From: Squalus acanthias
Lineage: Eukaryota
Assembly (NCBI GenBank): GCA_030390025.1
Contig: JASTWF010000324.1
Coordinates: forward strand, 1 to 64,000
Reading direction: 5' to 3'
DNA: 64,000 bases
Shown here: positions 59,939 through 64,000 of the stretch, one piece after another
Layout: every line of letters starts with the position of its first letter
How positions within the stretch are numbered: position 1 is the first letter of the stretch
Program-made: the position numbers and the translations under genes
Notes under the pieces: model-generated
Seen by the model: only the letters and a program-made list of their open reading frames with translations
Databases searched by the model: none
Told to the model about the DNA's origin: nothing

Positions 59939-62332
59939 ATGAGTGATTTTAATCTCCATTTTGATTGGACAAATCAAATTGGCCATGGTAGCCTTGAGGA
60001 GGAGTTCATAGAGTGCATCCGGGATGGTTTCCTAGAACAGTATGTAATGGAACCAACCAGGGAGCAGGCTATCTTGGATCTGATACTGTGTAATGAGACA
60101 GAATTCATAAATTATCTCATAGTAAAGGATCCTCTAGGAAAGAGTGATCATAACATGGTTGAATTTCAAATTCAGTTGGAGGGTGAGAAAGTTGTATCTC
60201 AAACCAGTGTCCTGATCTTAAACAAAGGCAATTATAATGGCATGAGGGCAGCACTGGCTAAAGTGGACTGGAAAAATAAATTAAAGGGTAAGAAAGTTGA
60301 AATGCAGTGGCGGACATTTAAGGAGATATTTCATAACTCTCAACAAAAATATATTCCAGTGAGAAAGAAAGATTTTAAGAGAAGGGAGCACCATCCGTGG
60401 CTAACTAAGGAAGTAAAGGATGGTATCAAATTGAAAACGAAGGCATACAATGTTGCCAAGATTGGTGGGAGACCAGAGAATTGGGAAATTTTTAAAAACC
60501 AGCAAAGGATGACTAAAAAAATAAGAGAGAAAAAATGAATTGAGAGTAAACTGGCAAGAAATATTAAAACAGAAAGTAAGAGCTTCTACAGGTATATAAA
60601 AAGGAAGAGAGTAGCTAAAGTAAACGTTGGTCCCTTAGAGGATAAGACTCGGGAATTAATAATGGGGAACGGGGAAATGGCAGAGACTCTGAACAAATAT
60701 TTTGTATCTGTCTTCACAGTAGAAGACACTAACAACATCCCAATAATGGATAATCAAGGAGCCACAGGGAGGGGGGAACTAAAGACAATAACTATCACCA
60801 AGGAAAAAGTACTTGGTAAAATAATGGGACTAAAAGACAACAAGTCCCCTGGACCAGATGGCCTGCATCCCTGGGTCTTAAAAGAAGTGGCTGCAGAGAT
60901 AGTGGATGCATTGGTTGCAATATACCAAAATTCCCTGGACTCTGGAGAGGTCCCAGCGGATTGGAAAACCGCAAATGTAACACCCCTATTTAAGAAAGAA
61001 GGGAGACAGAAAGCAGGAAACTATAGACGAGTCAGCCTAACATCTGTCGTTGGGAAAATGCTGGAGTCCTTCATTAAGGAAGCAGTAGCAGGGCATTTGG
61101 AAAATCATAATGCAGTCAAGCAGAGTCAGCATGGTTTTATGAAAGGGAAATTATGTTTAACAAATTTGCTGGAGTTCTTTGAGGATGTAACGAGCAGGGT
61201 GGATAAGGGTGAGCCTCTGGATGTGGTGTATTTGGATTTCCAGAAGGCATTCGATAAGGTGCCACATAAAAGGTTACTGCATAAGATAAGAGCTCACGGA
61301 GTTGGGGGTAATATATTAGCATGGATAGAGAATTGGCTAACTACCAGAAAGCAGAGAGTCGGGATAAATGGGTCATTTTCTGGTTGGCAAACGGTAACTA
61401 GTGGGGTGCCACAAGGATCAGTGCTGGGGCCTCAACTATTTACAATCTATATTAATGACTTGGATGAAGGGACTGAGTATAATGTAGCCACGTTTGCAGA
61501 TGACACAAAGATGGGTGGGAAAGCAAGTTGTGCAGAGGACTCAAAGAATCTGCAAAGGGATATAGACAGGCTAGCTGAGTGGGCAAACATTTGGCAGATG
61601 GAGTATAATGTGGGAAAGTGTGAGGTTATCCATTTTGGCAGGAAAAATAAAAAAGCAAATTATTATTTAAATGGAGAGAGATTACAAAATGCTACAGTTC
61701 AGAGGGACCTGGGGGTCCTTGTACATGAAACACAAAAAGTTAGCATGCAGGTATAGCAAGTAATCAAAAAGGCAAATAGAATGTTGGCCTTTATTTCAAG
61801 GGGGTTGGAGTATAAAAGCAGGGAAGTCCTGCTACAACTGTACAGGGTATTGGTGAGACCACACCTGGAGTACTGCGTACAGTTTTGGTCTCCTTATTTG
61901 AGGAAGGATATACTTGCATTGGAGGCAGTTCAGAGACGATTCACGCGGTTAATTCCAGAGATGAGGGGGTTGACTTATGAAGAAAGGTTGAGCAGGCTGG
62001 GCCTATACTCATTGGAATTTAGGAGAATGAGAGGTGATCTTATTGAAACATATAAGATGCTGAGGGGGCTCGACAAGGTAAATGCAGAGAGAATGTTTCC
62101 CCTCGTGGGGAAATCTAGAACTCAGGGGCACAGTTTCAGAATAAAGGGTCGCCCTTTTAGAATTGAGATGAGGAGGAATTTCTTCTCTCAGAGGGTCGTA
62201 AATCTGTGGAATTCTCTGCCCCAGAGACCCGTGGAGGCTGGGTCATTAAATACATTTAAGGTGGAGAGAGACCGATTTTTGCAAGATAAGGGAGTGAAGG
62301 GTTATGGGGAGCGGGCGGGGAGGTGGCTTTGA
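59939..62332 (+). pseudogene. CR1 ORF2 pseudogene in one reading frame, with stops at 60536-60538 (TGA) and 61754-61756 (TAG)
   Basis: ORF segments 59384-60538, 60662-61756 and 61781-62332 share a frame, and 60539-60661 is open in that frame. Confidence 0.88.
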
Positions 62333-62425
62333 GCCCAAGATCAGCCATGATCTTATTGAATGGCGGAGCAGGCTCGAGGGGCCAAGTGGCCTATTCCTGC
62401 TCCTATTTCTTATGTTCTTATGTTC
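59939..62425 (+). mobile_element. 5'-truncated CR1 LINE (partial endonuclease, RT and 3' UTR)
   Basis: Endonuclease motifs SDFN and LGKSDH; RT motifs KSPGPDG, YLDFQKAFDKV, GVPQGSVLGP, FADD; 3' tcttatgt tail repeats. Confidence 0.93.
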
Positions 62426-62512
62426 CTGATCACTATCCAGTGATTCCTGTTGGAAAGTGAGTGAGTGTTGTAGATTAGTTGAATAATCTTACCATTGAAA
62501 TCCCTTATAGAT

Positions 62513-63463
62513 GGGGATCCTCGACACCGGGTGCAGGGGAGCCTCGAGACCGGGTACGGGGGGAAGCCTCGACACCGGGTACAGGGGGAGCCGCGACACC
62601 GGGTACGGGGGAGCCTCGACACCGGGGGAGCCTCGAGACCAGGTACGGGGGAGCCTCAAGACCGGGTACGAGCCTCGACACCGGGTACGGGGGGGGGAGC
62701 CTCGACACCGGGTACGGGGGGGAGCCTCGACACCGGGTACGGGGGGGAGCCTCGACACCGGGTACGGGGGGGAGCCTCGACACCGGGTACGGGGGGGAGC
62801 CTCGACACCGGGTACGGGGGGGAGCCTCGACACCGGGGACGGGGGGAGCCTCGACACCGGGTACGGGGGGAGCCTCGACACCGGGTACGGGGGGAGCCTC
62901 GACACCGGGTACGGGGGGAGCCTCGACACCGGGTACGGGGGGAGCCTCGACACCGGGTACGGGGGGAGCCTCGACACCGGGTACGGGGGGAGCCTCGACA
63001 CCGGGTACGGGGGGGAGCCTCGACACCGGGTACGGGGGGGGATCCTCGACACCGGGGGAGCCTCGAGACCGGGTACGGGGGGGGATCCTCGACACCGGGG
63101 GAGCCTCGAGACCGGGTACGGGGGGAGCCTCGACACCGGGTACGGGGGGAGCCTCGACACCGGGTACGGGGGAGCCTCGACACCGGGGGAGCCTCGAGAC
63201 CAGGTACGGGGGAGCCTCAAGACCGGGTACGAGCCTCGACACCGGGTACGGGGAGAGCCTCGACACCGGGTACCGGGGGAGTCTCGACACTGGGTACCGG
63301 GGGAGTCTCGACACCGGGTACCGGGGGAGCCTCGACACCGGGTACGGGGGGAGTCTCGACACCGGGTACGGGGGGAGCCTCGACACCGGGTACGGGGGGA
63401 GCCTCGACACCGGGTACAGGGGGAGTCTCGACACCGGGTACAGGGGGAGCCTCGACACCAGGG
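62513..63463. repeat. ~27-bp GC-rich minisatellite GAGCCTCGACACCGGGTAC(G)n
   Basis: Visible tandem units. Confidence 0.95.
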
Positions 63464-64000
63464 CCCCTTTTAAAAATAATTGTATAAGATATCACAATGA
63501 TGGTAAAAGCAAATTGGACATTAGTGTCTATCTCCCCCAGAAGCCCATTATATTCACAGCGCAGGATGGGTTTAACACGCTACACTAATTAGATTTCGCA
63601 CACATTGGATAGTTAAAGAAAAACTTATTAAAAAAAAACTATATCCCGCAGATTGTTTAAGCGGCTGTCTGCCTGTTGAACCCTCCTGTTCCCGGCTAGT
63701 CGTGACGTACTCTAGTTGTGTGACTCTCGTACTAGTCCTGGTGAGAGCACCATGCCTCACAAGAATATAGTTAATCGATTGTGGTCTGAGTTGTCAGCTT
63801 AAATGTAGAACACAGTAAAAGCGATTGATTGCAATCATTTCCCTATTTACTGATGTTATAAATCCGCACTGACAATGCAAACCCTGTGCCACGTTAGCCC
63901 GAGTATCACTCTGGAGGGAAGCAAACACGATTCAGGATCATTTTCACCACAGCTCACCAGGCTTGTGGGCCTCGTGTCGATTGCGCTTCCCAGCTCCCAG

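Noticed and set aside
59384..60538. In-frame fusion of a 12-aa repeat to CR1 endonuclease/linker (384 aa)
   Set aside because: The listed start is TTG, the repeat period is a multiple of 3, and the CR1 part is truncated with nonsense stops, so chance fusion is most likely.

Overview
This is a repeat-dominated eukaryotic window. The SINE, L2 and CR1 complement looks vertebrate and is probably a cartilaginous fish (inference). No host exon is recognisable. The main feature is a compact Ty3/Gypsy LTR retrotransposon family: 4,420 bp, 183-bp LTRs and one 1318-aa gag-PR-RT-RH-IN ORF. Two near-identical intact copies (<1-4414 and 10304-14723) sit in a ~36-bp minisatellite. A related, internally deleted copy whose only intact ORF is gag (53407-55099) sits in a 67-bp satellite. 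The family has several unusual properties: (i) there is no tRNA-type PBS, and the post-LTR sequence is instead complementary to a segment of its own LTR, suggesting Tf1-like self-priming; (ii) the RT catalytic motif is YLDN rather than YxDD; (iii) the LTR is very short and hairpin-rich; (iv) both independent insertions hit tandem repeats at a shared A-CWSAG-TA site, and empty pre-insertion sites survive in the array. The rest of the window holds about a dozen different minisatellites (three traceable to SINE or L2 sequence), tRNA-derived SINEs, L2 and CR1 fragments, a 5'-truncated CR1 with two nonsense stops and a MITE-like TIR element. Most long ORFs in the track are translation artefacts of tandem repeats. 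Boundaries of decayed elements are approximate.
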